A stretch of DNA of 32,000 nucleotides from Bacilli bacterium (GTDB lineage: Bacteria; Bacillota_I; Bacilli_A; RF39; UBA660): contig JBJEDW010000061.1 in assembly GCA_051872415.1 (NCBI GenBank), positions 3,986-35,985 on the forward strand, read 5' to 3'. Below the pieces are notes generated by a model that was not told where the DNA came from, did not search any database, and saw only the letters and a program-made list of their open reading frames with translations. Numbering within the stretch: position 1 is the first letter of the stretch; every line of letters starts with the position of its first letter. This document shows positions 16,194 to 24,600 of this stretch, in pieces. A program made the translations under genes and the position numbers.

Positions 16194-18287
16194 CTAGGGC
16201 ACAAGGACAACCACGCGAGCCGAGAGGAAACCGTCGGCATCACCAGGGTAGTAGTCCGAGCTCATCACGCCAGCGCTAGCCCCAGAGTCGCAGCCACCGC
16301 CACGTCCGAACCAAGGGCGCGGAGCAAATGCTACATATCCATAATCCGAATACCAACCTGCCCCCGATGTTGCTGTTACTTCTTTTACTGCATCTCCTAA
16401 TTTACTTCTTTTCTTTTGGGTAATACTTGTTCCAAAACTATATTTATCTAAGTATTTATTTTCTGGATAAGCTATTCCTGTATAACTTGTATATGTTACA
16501 CTTTCATATAGAATTCCAGTGTATCCTGAGTGATATCCTACATAATCTCCTGTGTTACTATATCCTGCCATCATTGTTGTTCCATCATTTGATACTATGT
16601 TACCCATTACATATTCCCAAGCACCACCTGACATATCATATATTCCATAGATATTTCCTGTTGTTGATGCAACTTTACTCATATCTTTTGTCGAACTTTT
16701 GGTATTTGTATTGTAATTTAATAAGTATCCATCATAGGTATAGAAACCATAACTATTATACGTAGTAGTTGATGTTTGATCAGTATATGTACCATTTATC
16801 GGTGTTTGTCCTCCGACATTTCCTCCGCTTCTTCCTGTATAGTATGAAGAACTATTATTTATATTTATTTCTTTATTTATTCCATATTTTGAGTGTGATA
16901 GGTATGCTACTGCTCCCCATTCTTGGTTTTTCATCATATGAGTATCATCTGTAGATGCAAATCCATATTTGTTGCCACTATCATTCATTGCCATTATGTT
17001 AGTTTCAAACGAACTTACTTTTTGACTTCTTAAACTTTGTACATCTGGTTTTATTGTTATATCGCTTATTGTTCCTGTTGTTTCAAATTTTCCTACCCAC
17101 ATTCCTTCTAGTTCTTGAGATCCAAATGTAAAGGCTGGATGATTATATGTTTTACCATTACAAGTACTATCTGTACATGTAGCATTTGTACTTTTTAATT
17201 TACAGGTTTCAGATGGATCTCCATCTGTTCCTGATATACTATCAGTACATGATATTTCTCCAGTTGTTTCTGTTCCATTTTCAAAAGTTATTTCTATTTC
17301 TTGAGGTTCACTTGTTACTGTTCCATCAGCATTATAATTCCATACTTTATACTTATATCTTGGTATCCATACTTGCATTGTTAAAATATCATCCATTGGT
17401 ATTGTTGTACCTGGACTTGCATTTTTATATGTACTTCTATTGGTTTCACTTACTGTTACACTATTTGCCCACATCTTATCGTTATAATCATACCATTTGT
17501 ATGTTTTGCTATTATTTGTACTATCTGCTTTTTTCCATACCTCTGCATCTTCATCATAATATACTGCAATCATATTACTTGTTAATACTGGTACATTTGC
17601 CCCACTTATATCTAAGTTATCCCTTGTTTTTACTCCTACTTTAAATTTATATTGATATTTTTTTACTGTCTGTGTATTTTCATCATAGAATTTACTTGCT
17701 TCTACTTTACTATCTAACCATACTCTTAATTTAAACTTCTTACTTATCTCTCTTGTTGTTCCATCATGTGTGTTTGTATCTGCATATATCATCTTTTCAC
17801 TATTTAAATCACTTATTTTTGTCGGATTTAACAAAACGTTCCCTTCATAATCTGTTAGATATACTTTTACTTCATCATCTGTTAATGCTGTCATATTTGT
17901 ATCTACACTTAATTTTTCTAAATATACTCCATATGTTATATCTATTGGTTTACTTGTTGTTGTTTTAACTGAAAAATCAAATGTTTCACTTTGGTTTTTT
18001 CCATCTGTATCACTTATTGGAAGAGCATTTTCTATACTTATTATATTGCTGTTGCTTTCTAAAAACTCTAGTGATACATCTCCTGTATTTATTGTATTTG
18101 CACTTCCTATAAAACCATAATTCCACACAGCAAAACTTATGCCCACAGAAAGCATAAGTAATATTACAAGTAATAGAATTGTTATTATTTTCCTCTTATT
18201 ATCGCCTTTTTCTATAGAGGTTTTAGTTAAATTTGCCCCCCCCCCCCCAGACGAACATTTGTTTTGTTTTTTAGATAGTTTTTTCAT
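16194..18287 (-). CDS. DGR target protein: N-terminal membrane anchor, beta-rich ectodomain, C-terminal C-type-lectin/FGE-sulfatase-like domain carrying the VR
   Basis: 697 aa. The KRKIITILLLVILLMLSVGISFAVW segment is a TM helix. GIYDMSGGAWEYVMGN resembles the FGE/CLec motif GxYDMxGNxWEW. The C-terminal PWFGRGGG...ARVVV is typical of DGR VR scaffolds. Confidence 0.9.
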   Translation of the reverse strand: MKKLSKKQNKCSSGGGGANLTKTSIEKGDNKRKIITILLLVILLMLSVGISFAVWNYGFIGSANTINTGDVSLEFLESNSNIISIENALPISDTDGKNQSETFDFSVKTTTSKPIDITYGVYLEKLSVDTNMTALTDDEVKVYLTDYEGNVLLNPTKISDLNSEKMIYADTNTHDGTTREISKKFKLRVWLDSKVEASKFYDENTQTVKKYQYKFKVGVKTRDNLDISGANVPVLTSNMIAVYYDEDAEVWKKADSTNNSKTYKWYDYNDKMWANSVTVSETNRSTYKNASPGTTIPMDDILTMQVWIPRYKYKVWNYNADGTVTSEPQEIEITFENGTETTGEISCTDSISGTDGDPSETCKLKSTNATCTDSTCNGKTYNHPAFTFGSQELEGMWVGKFETTGTISDITIKPDVQSLRSQKVSSFETNIMAMNDSGNKYGFASTDDTHMMKNQEWGAVAYLSHSKYGINKEININNSSSYYTGRSGGNVGGQTPINGTYTDQTSTTTYNSYGFYTYDGYLLNYNTNTKSSTKDMSKVASTTGNIYGIYDMSGGAWEYVMGNIVSNDGTTMMAGYSNTGDYVGYHSGYTGILYESVTYTSYTGIAYPENKYLDKYSFGTSITQKKRSKLGDAVKEVTATSGAGWYSDYGYVAFAPRPWFGRGGGCDSGASAGVMSSDYYPGDADGFLSARVVVLVP
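16196..16326 (-). repeat. DGR variable repeat (VR), including the A-free 3' IMH-like block (16196-16223)
   Basis: Aligns without gaps to the TR. I count 24 substitutions at TR adenines. The A-free block TCGGCTCGCGTGGTTGTCCT is identical in both. Confidence 0.92.
18236..18248 (-). repeat. Homopolymeric G13 tract (C13 on the + strand) in codons 13-17 of the DGR target gene
   Basis: Read directly as gCCCCCCCCCCCCCag, encoding SGGGGA. The gene is in frame at this length. Confidence 0.95.
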
Positions 18288-18508
18288 AGTTTTCTACTCC
18301 TTTTGGTTCATTGTATTAATAATGAACGTGATTTTATTTATTATAGAAAAGTTGCAGTATCAATTTTGATACAATCATTTGTTTTCTACTTTCTTTACTT
18401 TAATATATTATGAAGAATAGATTATTTCAATCTTTTTTTATCAATTTTTGATTTTTGCACTTACTTACTTGTAAATACTTGAATTAATTAGTAGGTCAAA
18501 AAATATTA

Positions 18509-19404
18509 TTAGTATTGTAATACATTTAAATGTTTTAGTATGTTAGTAAGGATTGTTTTGTCTTCAATTAAGTTTATTGCGAAGCATTTTTTTCCTAGAT
18601 CTTTGAATGATGTCTTTGAATGATGAACCACAGTGATATAGAAGCTTTTTGTCTATAATTATAAATCTATCATGAAAAGCATTGCTAGTGAGTGCTGTTA
18701 TGTTGTGGTACTGACTATTATATTTTTAATCAACTCTTTGTTTAAATTTTTACTGTATACTTTTATTGGAACCTGGATGTTTCTTAATAAATCAAATAGC
18801 TTTTTTCCTGCGTAATTATCTATGATTATTATTTCTTCTTTGGCTTTTGATAATATATCAATCATTAGAGAGTAAGCATCGTATATTTGTCCTTCGAAGA
18901 AGATGTGATTATTTATTTTGTTATTATCTAGTTTTTTGAATATGATATCAAATTTATTATCGTGATCTATTATTTTTGTTTCTATATTAGATAATCTGTT
19001 ACTATAATTATTTGTTGCTATATATTTTTTCATTTCTACGAATGCATCCATTATTTTTATACTTATTTCTTCTGCTACAGGTGTTCTTAATATTGAACTT
19101 AGCATCGCTACTCCTTGCTCTTAAACACATATGTTCTATTATATTTTCTTCCACGAGTTTCTACAGTATTTTTTTTGGTTTCAGATTAAAACCAAAAAAT
19201 TTTTGATTCTTCTTCTGTTAATCTAAACATAAATCTTTCTGGGAATCTATTGATATGTCTTTTTACTGCCAAGTTTATAGATTTTGTCCCATTTTTACAA
19301 CCATAAAGCATAGCTAGGTCAGAATCAAGCATTACTTGTTTGCCTCTGATTTTATATATTAGATCTTCTATTTTTATATTATCTTTTGTTATTATTTCGT
19401 TCAT
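18509..19404 (-). pseudogene. ORF6N/KilA-N-type DNA-binding protein gene, decayed by at least four lesions
   Basis: The track fragments at 19186-19404 and 18698-19105 are pieces of one gene. After ...RFPERFMFRLTEEESKIFWF comes an in-frame TAA, followed by a frameshift before EQGVAMLSSILRTP. A further frameshift precedes AFHDRFIIIDKKLLYHCGSSFKD. A 13-nt tandem duplication (18600-18625) then breaks ...SFKDLGKKCFAINLIEDK.... Confidence 0.8.
18600..18625. repeat. 13-nt perfect tandem duplication (tctttgaatgatg x2)
   Basis: Read directly. Removing one copy restores the ORF6N C-terminal frame. Confidence 0.9.
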
Positions 19405-19535
19405 AAGAATTCACCACTTTCGATATAAGCTAAATTTATTAATTTGTCTAATTAAGTTTATCAAAATAATATATTTGATATTTTTTTATTATTTAGATGA
19501 TTTAAACTTATAAATAAAAGAACTCTTCTATTTTT

Positions 19536-20384
19536 TTAGATGAGCTCTTCTATTTCTTCTTTAGAAAGACCAGTACATTCAGATATTGTACTTATATTCA
19601 TACCTTTATTAAGCATATTTTTTGCTATTTCATACTTTTCATTAGTTGAACCTTGTTCATAACCTTGACTCATTCCAACTTCAATTCCTTGTTCATATCC
19701 TTCTTTAATTAGAGTATTATGTACCATTTCTGCGTCTTTTTCTTTCGAGACTACCTCTATAAACTCTGGATCTTCATTTAGTTTTTCTATCTTTTCTTTG
19801 TACTTTTCCATCATTCTATCTCCTTTGCATACCACATCTAAATCTTTTGGCTCTAAATCTAACATTAAAAAATATTTATACTCTAGAGCCTTTTTCTTAT
19901 CTCCATGATACCACATATTCATTATTTTATCCATGTTTATTTCTATTATTTTAAGTTTATCACAGTAACATTTATTGTTATCTTTATCATACATCACGTA
20001 ACAAGACTTGATATCTTTTTCTATTCCTAGTCCCCATGTTATATTAAGCTGAATATGCATTTTAGTATCTAAATAGTCGTCACCTTTAAACACACTATTT
20101 GAAAAAACTGATGAGATATAAGCAAAGTTTCTTATAGGAAGAGAATTGTAATATCCATTGTTTATTTCTAAGTTAATAGTTTCAGTTTTTGTTTTAACAA
20201 GGACATCTAGTGTTTTAGTCTTTATTTTAATATTTGGTTTTTCAAGTTCTTTTGGATCAAGTACTAGTTCTTCAATACTTAAATCTAAGGTCTTTTCTAA
20301 AAAATATTTAAGCAAATCTTTTTGAGATTCACATCCAATAGCATTTTTAAATCCAGCATCGTATCTTGCGGTGTAAAAAGCCAT
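19536..20384 (-). CDS. Rpn-family recombination-promoting nuclease / PD-(D/E)XK putative transposase
   Basis: YDAGFKNAIG...DLLKYFLEKTL...LDVLVKTKTETINLEINN forms the nuclease core. C-terminal repeats EGYEQGIEVGMSQGYEQG are followed by the IAKNMLNKGMNISTISECTGLSKEEIEEL helix-turn-helix. I chose the start at ATG 20384, behind GGAGGTG. Confidence 0.85.
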   Translation of the reverse strand: MAFYTARYDAGFKNAIGCESQKDLLKYFLEKTLDLSIEELVLDPKELEKPNIKIKTKTLDVLVKTKTETINLEINNGYYNSLPIRNFAYISSVFSNSVFKGDDYLDTKMHIQLNITWGLGIEKDIKSCYVMYDKDNNKCYCDKLKIIEINMDKIMNMWYHGDKKKALEYKYFLMLDLEPKDLDVVCKGDRMMEKYKEKIEKLNEDPEFIEVVSKEKDAEMVHNTLIKEGYEQGIEVGMSQGYEQGSTNEKYEIAKNMLNKGMNISTISECTGLSKEEIEELI

Positions 20385-20489
20385 TTTATTCACCTCCAAA
20401 AGCACTATAAACTAAATAAAATAAGATGTAAAATGACCATTTAGAAGATTTGATCAAAAGAAAAAGATGAAACATAAATATTGGTATAA

Positions 20490-20790
20490 ACAAAATTTAT
20501 TATTTCATCTTAAAACTTTTATCAATTGTTACGTTTCATACTTTTTTCATTTTTTGTATTTTTTCATTTATGGTACTTTTGATTTTAATATAGTAGCAAG
20601 TATAGCAACACCCTGTTCTGTGAAAAATCTTAGTTTGTTATATTTTCCTCACGTGTTTCTTTTTTGGTCAAATTTTTTGACCAAAAGTTGTTTACTTTTA
20701 TCTTCTGTTAATCTCTATGATAATCTATTTGGAAATTTATCTATGTTATTCTCAACTCCTTGTTTTATTTCTTTAATTTGTTATTTTTTT
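20490..20790 (-). pseudogene. Second, more degraded ORF6N-family remnant
   Basis: My minus-strand translation is EIKQGVENNIDKFPNRLS*RLTEDKSKQLLVKKFDQKRNT*GKYNKLRFFTEQGVAILATILKS. It parallels the 19404-18509 pseudogene residue for residue and lacks an N-terminus. Confidence 0.55.
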
Positions 20791-20793
20791 GTT

Positions 20794-23319
20794 TTATAAT
20801 TGTTCTTTTAATTTTTCTAGTTTGTCTTGTTCTTCTTTTAATTTTTGTCTATCTAGCTCTACTACATTTTGAGGAGCTTTATTTACATAATTTTCGTTTG
20901 ATAGAAGTTTTTGTCTTTTAGTTATAGAAGCTTGTAATTTTTCTATTTCATTTATTAACAATTCTTTGTTAATTTCTTTTCCTTTTTGATAGAAATCTAT
21001 TGCTATGTAGTTTGATTCATATGAATATTTTTCTCCTTCTTTTGGTGAGAATAAATTTTCTTCTTTTACTTTTAACATGTTTTTGTAGATTTCTTCTACT
21101 TCTTTGTCTGTTTTTAAATTGATACTTGCTTCTTTTGTTATGTTATTTGTTACTTTTAGATTTCTTATATTGGTTATGTCTTCAATTACTTTGTCTAGTT
21201 TTTGTTCTTCTTCTTTAAATATTTCTTGTTTGTTTTCTTGTGGATAAGAACTTATCATAATACTACTTGTTTCTTTTACTGGTAGTTTTTGGTAGATTTC
21301 TTCAGTAACATAAGGCATAAATGGATGAAGCATTTTTATTATTTTGGTTAAAACTTCTAGAAGAACTGTTTTTGTTGTTTGATTTTCTAGTTTTGGTTTG
21401 GTAAGTTCTATATAGTTGTCACAGAAATCTTCCCAAATGAATTTATAAAGAGTATTTCCTACGTTGTTAAATTCATATTTTTCCATATTTGTTCTTACAT
21501 TTTTAATTGTTTTGTTTAGTTTGGTAAGAATCCATTTATCTTCGATAGATAGGTTTTCATTGGTTGGATTTATGTTTTCTATGTTCATAAGTACAAATCT
21601 TGAGGCGTTCCATAGTTTGTTTATGAAGTTCCAAGTTGATTTTACTTTTTCTTCATCGTATCTTAAATCCATTCCTGGTGCTGTATTTGTTGTTAGGAAA
21701 AATCTTAGGGCATCTGCGCCGTAACTTTCTATTACATCCATTGGATCTACACCATTTCCTAGTGATTTTGACATTTTTCTTCCTTGTTTATCTCTTATAA
21801 GTCCATGGATTAAGCAATCTTTGAATGGTCTTGTGTTTGTAAAATGTAGTCCTTGGAAAGTCATTCTGTTTACCCAGAATGGTATGATATCGTATCCTGT
21901 TACTAATACGTTATTTGGATAGTATCTTTTTAGATCTTGGGTATCTTCTGGCCAGCCTAGTGTTGAAAACGGCCAAAGTGCACTTGAGAACCAAGTATCT
22001 AATACGTCTTCGTCTTGTTTCCAACCTTCGCCTTCTGGTTTTGCTTTTCCTACGTATATTTCATCGTCTTTATACCATGCTGGAATTCTGTGACCCCACC
22101 AAAGTTGTCTTGAAATGCACCAATCGTAAGTTATTTCCATCCAGTGATTCATTGTTTTTTCGTATCTTTCAGGTACAAAGTTTACTTTTTTGTCTTTGTT
22201 TTTTTGATTTTCTAATACTCTATCTGCGAGTGGACGCATTTTTACAAACCATTGTTTGGATAAGTAAGGTTCAACCATTACCCCAGTTCTTTCAGAGTGT
22301 CCAACATTGTGGGTTATTTCTTCTATCCTGATTAGTAAATCTTGTTTTTGAAGATCGTTTACTATTTGTTCTCTTGCAGTAAATCTATCTAATCCTTGAT
22401 ATTTTCCAGCATTTTCATTCATTGTTCCGTCTTCATTTAGAACATTTATTCTTTCTAAGTTATGTCTATTTCCTACTTCAAAGTCATTAGGATCGTGTGC
22501 TGGTGTTATTTTAACTACTCCTGTTCCAAATTCTGGATCAGCATGTTCATCTGCGATTACTGGAATATTTTTGTTTAAAATTGGTAAAATTACATTTTTA
22601 CCTATGTATTTTTGATATCTTGTGTCTTTAGGGTTTACTGCTACTGCGGTATCTCCGAGTAATGTTTCAGGACGAGTTGTTGCTACTTCTAGAAAGGTTT
22701 CTTCTCCTTCGATGTAGTATTTTATGTGATAAAAGGCTCCTTTTACTTCTTTATAAATTACTTCTTCGTTTGAAAGGGCTGTTTTTGCTTCTGGATCCCA
22801 GTTTATTATTTTTTCTCCTCGGTAGATTAATCCTTCGTTATACAGTTTTATAAAAACTTCTTCTACGGCATTTGACAGACCTTCGTCAAGGGTGAATCTT
22901 TCTTTTCTATAGTCTAGTGATAGCCCTAGTTTTGCCCACTGATTCCTTATGTTTTCTGCGTATTCTTCTTTCCATTCCCAGGCTTTTCTTAAGAAACCTT
23001 CTCTTCCTAGCTGGTATTTATCTATTCCTTCACTTTTTAGTTTTGCTACTACTTTAGCTTCTGTTGCTATTGCTGCATGATCCATTCCTGGAAGCCATAG
23101 AGCATCGTATCCATCCATTCTTTTATATCTTATTAGAATATCTTGAATTGTTGTATCCCAAGCATGGCCTAGATGAAGGCGTCCTGTTACGTTTGGGGGT
23201 GGTATTACTATACAGTAAGGTTCTTTTGATTTGTCTCCACATTCAAAATATTTATTTTCCATCCATGTTTTGTATTTTCCTTTTTCTACTTGTTTGTGAT
23301 TGTATTTTTTTTCTAACAT
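20794..23319 (-). CDS. valS: Valine--tRNA ligase
   Basis: 841 aa with the HIGH-type motif [18 protein letters not shown], and a C-terminal coiled coil. Confidence 0.99.
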   Translation of the reverse strand: MLEKKYNHKQVEKGKYKTWMENKYFECGDKSKEPYCIVIPPPNVTGRLHLGHAWDTTIQDILIRYKRMDGYDALWLPGMDHAAIATEAKVVAKLKSEGIDKYQLGREGFLRKAWEWKEEYAENIRNQWAKLGLSLDYRKERFTLDEGLSNAVEEVFIKLYNEGLIYRGEKIINWDPEAKTALSNEEVIYKEVKGAFYHIKYYIEGEETFLEVATTRPETLLGDTAVAVNPKDTRYQKYIGKNVILPILNKNIPVIADEHADPEFGTGVVKITPAHDPNDFEVGNRHNLERINVLNEDGTMNENAGKYQGLDRFTAREQIVNDLQKQDLLIRIEEITHNVGHSERTGVMVEPYLSKQWFVKMRPLADRVLENQKNKDKKVNFVPERYEKTMNHWMEITYDWCISRQLWWGHRIPAWYKDDEIYVGKAKPEGEGWKQDEDVLDTWFSSALWPFSTLGWPEDTQDLKRYYPNNVLVTGYDIIPFWVNRMTFQGLHFTNTRPFKDCLIHGLIRDKQGRKMSKSLGNGVDPMDVIESYGADALRFFLTTNTAPGMDLRYDEEKVKSTWNFINKLWNASRFVLMNIENINPTNENLSIEDKWILTKLNKTIKNVRTNMEKYEFNNVGNTLYKFIWEDFCDNYIELTKPKLENQTTKTVLLEVLTKIIKMLHPFMPYVTEEIYQKLPVKETSSIMISSYPQENKQEIFKEEEQKLDKVIEDITNIRNLKVTNNITKEASINLKTDKEVEEIYKNMLKVKEENLFSPKEGEKYSYESNYIAIDFYQKGKEINKELLINEIEKLQASITKRQKLLSNENYVNKAPQNVVELDRQKLKEEQDKLEKLKEQL

Positions 23320-23325
23320 TTTTCC

Positions 23326-23545
23326 ATCTCCTTTTGTTTTTTATAAAAAAAGCCTTCATCCAAAGGACGAAGAGCTCGTGGTACCACCTTATTTTATAAT
23401 ATTTCTATTATCTTATTTGGCTATAACGTTTGCCTTACGGATTATCTTACTTGGTTTCGGATAATCTGCTAAAAAAGCTACCTTCAACTATCTTTATTAT
23501 CTATTTACACCATACATAGACTCTCTTTAAATATTAATAGTTTAC
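23326..23545 (-). promoter_or_regulatory. T-box riboswitch leader of valS, with terminator at 23345-23376
   Basis: The minus strand has AAAGAGAG, a distal-loop-like GGUGUAA and a GAAA-capped stem III. The T-box sequence AAUAAGGUGGUACCACGAG (23377-23395) follows. The terminator is CUUCGUCC-UUU-GGAUGAAG plus U7. Confidence 0.85.
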
Positions 23546-23564
23546 TCCTCTTTTTTTCTTGCTT

Positions 23565-23681
23565 TTAATATAATTTTGATATGTTTACTATTTCTCCAGC
23601 GACTAGGAATATTACCATTAGAATAACGAATGCTAAGATTAGAAAAGCCATTAGTCCCCAGCCATGATTGTTTAATTTCAT
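23565..23681 (-). CDS. Candidate 38-aa hydrophobic small protein (not in the ORF track)
   Basis: MKLNNHGWGLMAFLILAFVILMVIFLVAGEIVNISKLY. The ATG lies 4 nt after the GAGGTG embedded in the trxB stop region. It has one predicted TM helix. Confidence 0.4.
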   Translation of the reverse strand: MKLNNHGWGLMAFLILAFVILMVIFLVAGEIVNISKLY

Positions 23682-23682
23682 A

Positions 23683-24600
23683 TTACACCTCTTTTAAATC
23701 CTTTATACAAGAAATTGCTGCGAGTGCTCCGTCTGAAGTTGCTGTTACTATTTGAAAGGCATCTTTTTTTATTGTGTCTCCAGCAGCATAAATACCTTTT
23801 ATAGGTGTCTTTTTTTGTTCATCTACAATAATATACCCTTTTTCATCTAAAATATCAAGGTTTTTTAGAAAATTTGTAGCAGGTTCATATCCTATAAATA
23901 TGAAACAAGCTTTAGTGTCTAGAGTTCTTTCTTGGTCTTTTTCTTTGATTGTAATTGATTTCAAAATACTTTCTTCTTCATTGAATTTTTCTATGGTGCT
24001 GTTGTTGATAATTTTTATGTTTTCTTTTTCATTTACTCTATCTATTAGAACTTTATCTCCTTTTAGGTTGTTTCCTCTGTTTATAATAGTTACTGTTTTG
24101 CAGATATCTGATAGATATAGTGATTCTTCTAGAGCACTGTTTCCTGCTCCAACGATTGAGACGTCTTCATTTTTATATAAATTTCCATCGCAAAGTGAAC
24201 AAAAGCTTATTCCTTTTCCTTCAAGTCCTTGTGAATTTGTTGTTTCTAGTTTTTTAGGTCTTCTTCCTATTGCTAGGATAATTGCTTTTGCTTTTATTTC
24301 TTGTCCATTTTTTAGAGTTATTTTTTTTATGTTTTCTTCTATTTCGATGTTTGTTGCTTCTGAAAATATTTGTTTTACATTTAGATTGCTAAGTTGGTCA
24401 TAAAATTTCATTGCTAAATCTGGACCAGTTATTTTTATGTATCCTGGATAATTTTCTACTGTTGATGTTTTATTTAATTGTCCTCCAGGGGTTTCTTTTT
24501 CTATTATACAGCATGAAAGTTCTGCTCTTTCTGTGTATATTGCTGAGGTTATTCCTGCGGGTCCTGCGCCAATTATTGCTACATCATAAATTTCTTTCAT
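23683..24600 (-). CDS. trxB: Thioredoxin-disulfide reductase
   Basis: 305 aa with the GAGPAG FAD motif, the CSLCDG redox-active dithiol, GAGNSALEE NADPH motif and GDT. Confidence 0.93.
   Translation of the reverse strand: MKEIYDVAIIGAGPAGITSAIYTERAELSCCIIEKETPGGQLNKTSTVENYPGYIKITGPDLAMKFYDQLSNLNVKQIFSEATNIEIEENIKKITLKNGQEIKAKAIILAIGRRPKKLETTNSQGLEGKGISFCSLCDGNLYKNEDVSIVGAGNSALEESLYLSDICKTVTIINRGNNLKGDKVLIDRVNEKENIKIINNSTIEKFNEEESILKSITIKEKDQERTLDTKACFIFIGYEPATNFLKNLDILDEKGYIIVDEQKKTPIKGIYAAGDTIKKDAFQIVTATSDGALAAISCIKDLKEV

Larger units (their letters stand above)
13818..18287 (-). other. Diversity-generating retroelement (DGR) cassette: target(VR)-TR-msl-avd-RT
   Basis: RT with DGR-type motifs, an Avd-like four-helix-bundle ORF, and a 131-nt TR/VR pair whose differences are almost all at TR adenines. 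The VR lies at the 3' end of a CLec/FGE-like ORF, with an A-free GC-rich 3' block and an adjacent hairpin. Confidence 0.92.

Noticed and set aside
15977-16400. Plus-strand ORFs 15977-16279 and 16191-16400 (Arg/Pro/Ala-rich)
   Set aside because: They are composition artefacts of the GC-rich spacer and the antisense of the VR. They have no RBS, overlap the real target gene, and their codon usage is unlike the rest of the genome.
16427-18369. Several plus-strand ORFs (Leu/Tyr/His/Phe-rich) antisense to the DGR target gene
   Set aside because: These are low-complexity antisense frames of an AT-rich gene. The minus-strand 697-aa ORF explains the region.
20662-20686. 11-bp perfect palindrome ttttggtcaaa-ttt-tttgaccaaaa as a valS terminator
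   Set aside because: It is not followed by a U tract in the valS transcript direction. It lies inside the decayed ORF6N coding remnant (FWSKNLTKK), about 110 nt from the valS stop.
20467-20799. 110-aa plus-strand ORF
   Set aside because: It has no RBS and a hydrophobic, low-complexity translation. The region is better explained by the ORF6N remnant on the minus strand.
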